Part shown: positions 63,460 through 64,000 of the stretch, piece after piece
Layout of the letters: each line of letters opens with the position of its first letter
How positions within the stretch are numbered: position 1 is the first letter of the stretch
Assembly: GCA_015063895.1 (NCBI GenBank)
Contig: SVTG01000004.1
Location: 18,923-82,922 of the forward strand
DNA: 64,000 nt
Origin: Oscillospiraceae bacterium
GTDB lineage: Bacteria; Bacillota; Clostridia; Oscillospirales; CAG-272
Direction of reading: 5' to 3'
Made by a program: the position numbers and the translations under genes
The notes under the pieces: generated by a model
What the model saw: the letters and a program-made list of their open reading frames with translations, nothing else
Database searches by the model: none
What the model was told of the DNA's origin: nothing

Positions 63460-64000
63460 ATGATTCGATTTGGCACAGGCGGGTGGCGTGCGATCATCGG
63501 TGACGATTTTATCCGCGCAAATATCGTAAAGGTCGCCACGGGTATTGCCAAGCTGGCACGCGAAAACAACAAGACCGATAAGCCCATCTGTATCGGCTAC
63601 GACCGCCGCTTTTTGTCGGAGCAGGCCGCCAAATGGGTGGCCGAGGTGCTTTGCGCAAACGGCATCAAGGTCTGGTTCATGAAGCGCTCAAGCCCCACGC
63701 CCTTAGTGATGTTCACGGGCAAGCACAACGCCCTGCATTACGGCGTGGAGATCACAGCCTCTCATAACCCTGCCGCATACAACGGCATTAAAATTTTCAT
63801 TCACGACGGGCGCGATGCCGACGTTGCCACGACCGAGCGCCTTGAGGAGCTGATCAATGCCACCTCTGACGAGGAAGTTGTCACGCTCGGCTTTGACGAT
63901 GCTGTGGCAAGCGGCATGATCGAATTCCCTAAGTTTTTGTTCAACGACTTTATCGATTCTATCATTTCCCGTCTTGATATGAGTATCATTCGTGCCAAGG
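63460..64000 (+). CDS. Phosphohexomutase (phosphoglucomutase/phosphomannomutase family), 5' part, runs off the right edge
   Basis: MIRFGTGGWRAIIGDDF... with the catalytic-Ser loop EITASHNPAAYNGIK. It is not in the ORF track because no stop lies inside the window. Confidence 0.8.
   Translation, partial: MIRFGTGGWRAIIGDDFIRANIVKVATGIAKLARENNKTDKPICIGYDRRFLSEQAAKWVAEVLCANGIKVWFMKRSSPTPLVMFTGKHNALHYGVEITASHNPAAYNGIKIFIHDGRDADVATTERLEELINATSDEEVVTLGFDDAVASGMIEFPKFLFNDFIDSIISRLDMSIIRAK

Overview
High-GC (about 57-60% by spot counts) chromosome segment from a spore-forming Firmicute, probably a Clostridia/Oscillospirales-type organism (spoVT present, type-A RNase P RNA, strong GGAGG ribosome-binding sites). 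Most of it is housekeeping: pth-mfd, ppdK, ftsK, rpsO-pnp, serC-serA, spoVT, nrdDG, prfC, kdgK-eda and nagB. It also carries an rnpB gene that the ORF track misses, and a TPP riboswitch at the left edge. There are four accessory or unusual regions. (1) 11.2-22.2 kb holds a nine-gene AraC-controlled amino-sugar (Aga/Nag-like) operon. It also encodes an IolB/KduI isomerase and a GlcD-like FAD oxidase, an Fe-S subunit and a single-chain fused EtfB-EtfA. (2) 22.25-28.6 kb is an AT-richer mosaic of mobile-element debris: XRE, an ECF sigma/anti-sigma pair, DUF3990, two tandem tyrosine integrases and several truncated genes. (3) Polysaccharide genes lie in two separate blocks, 28.6-30.9 kb and 42.3-47.1 kb. 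(4) 54.8-58.3 kb has a roughly 300-nt GC-rich non-coding element ending in a terminator, directly upstream of an SPFH / zinc-ribbon / TPM membrane module. ftsK carries about 14 perfect-phase 21-bp tandem repeats encoding RRDYRD[D/E]. I saw no CRISPR array, tRNA or rRNA. The long antisense ORFs opposite ppdK, pnp, nrdD, prfC and others are treated as codon-bias shadows. All calls come from reading the sequence and from remembered family motifs; no searches were run, and RNA ends and promoter calls are approximate.
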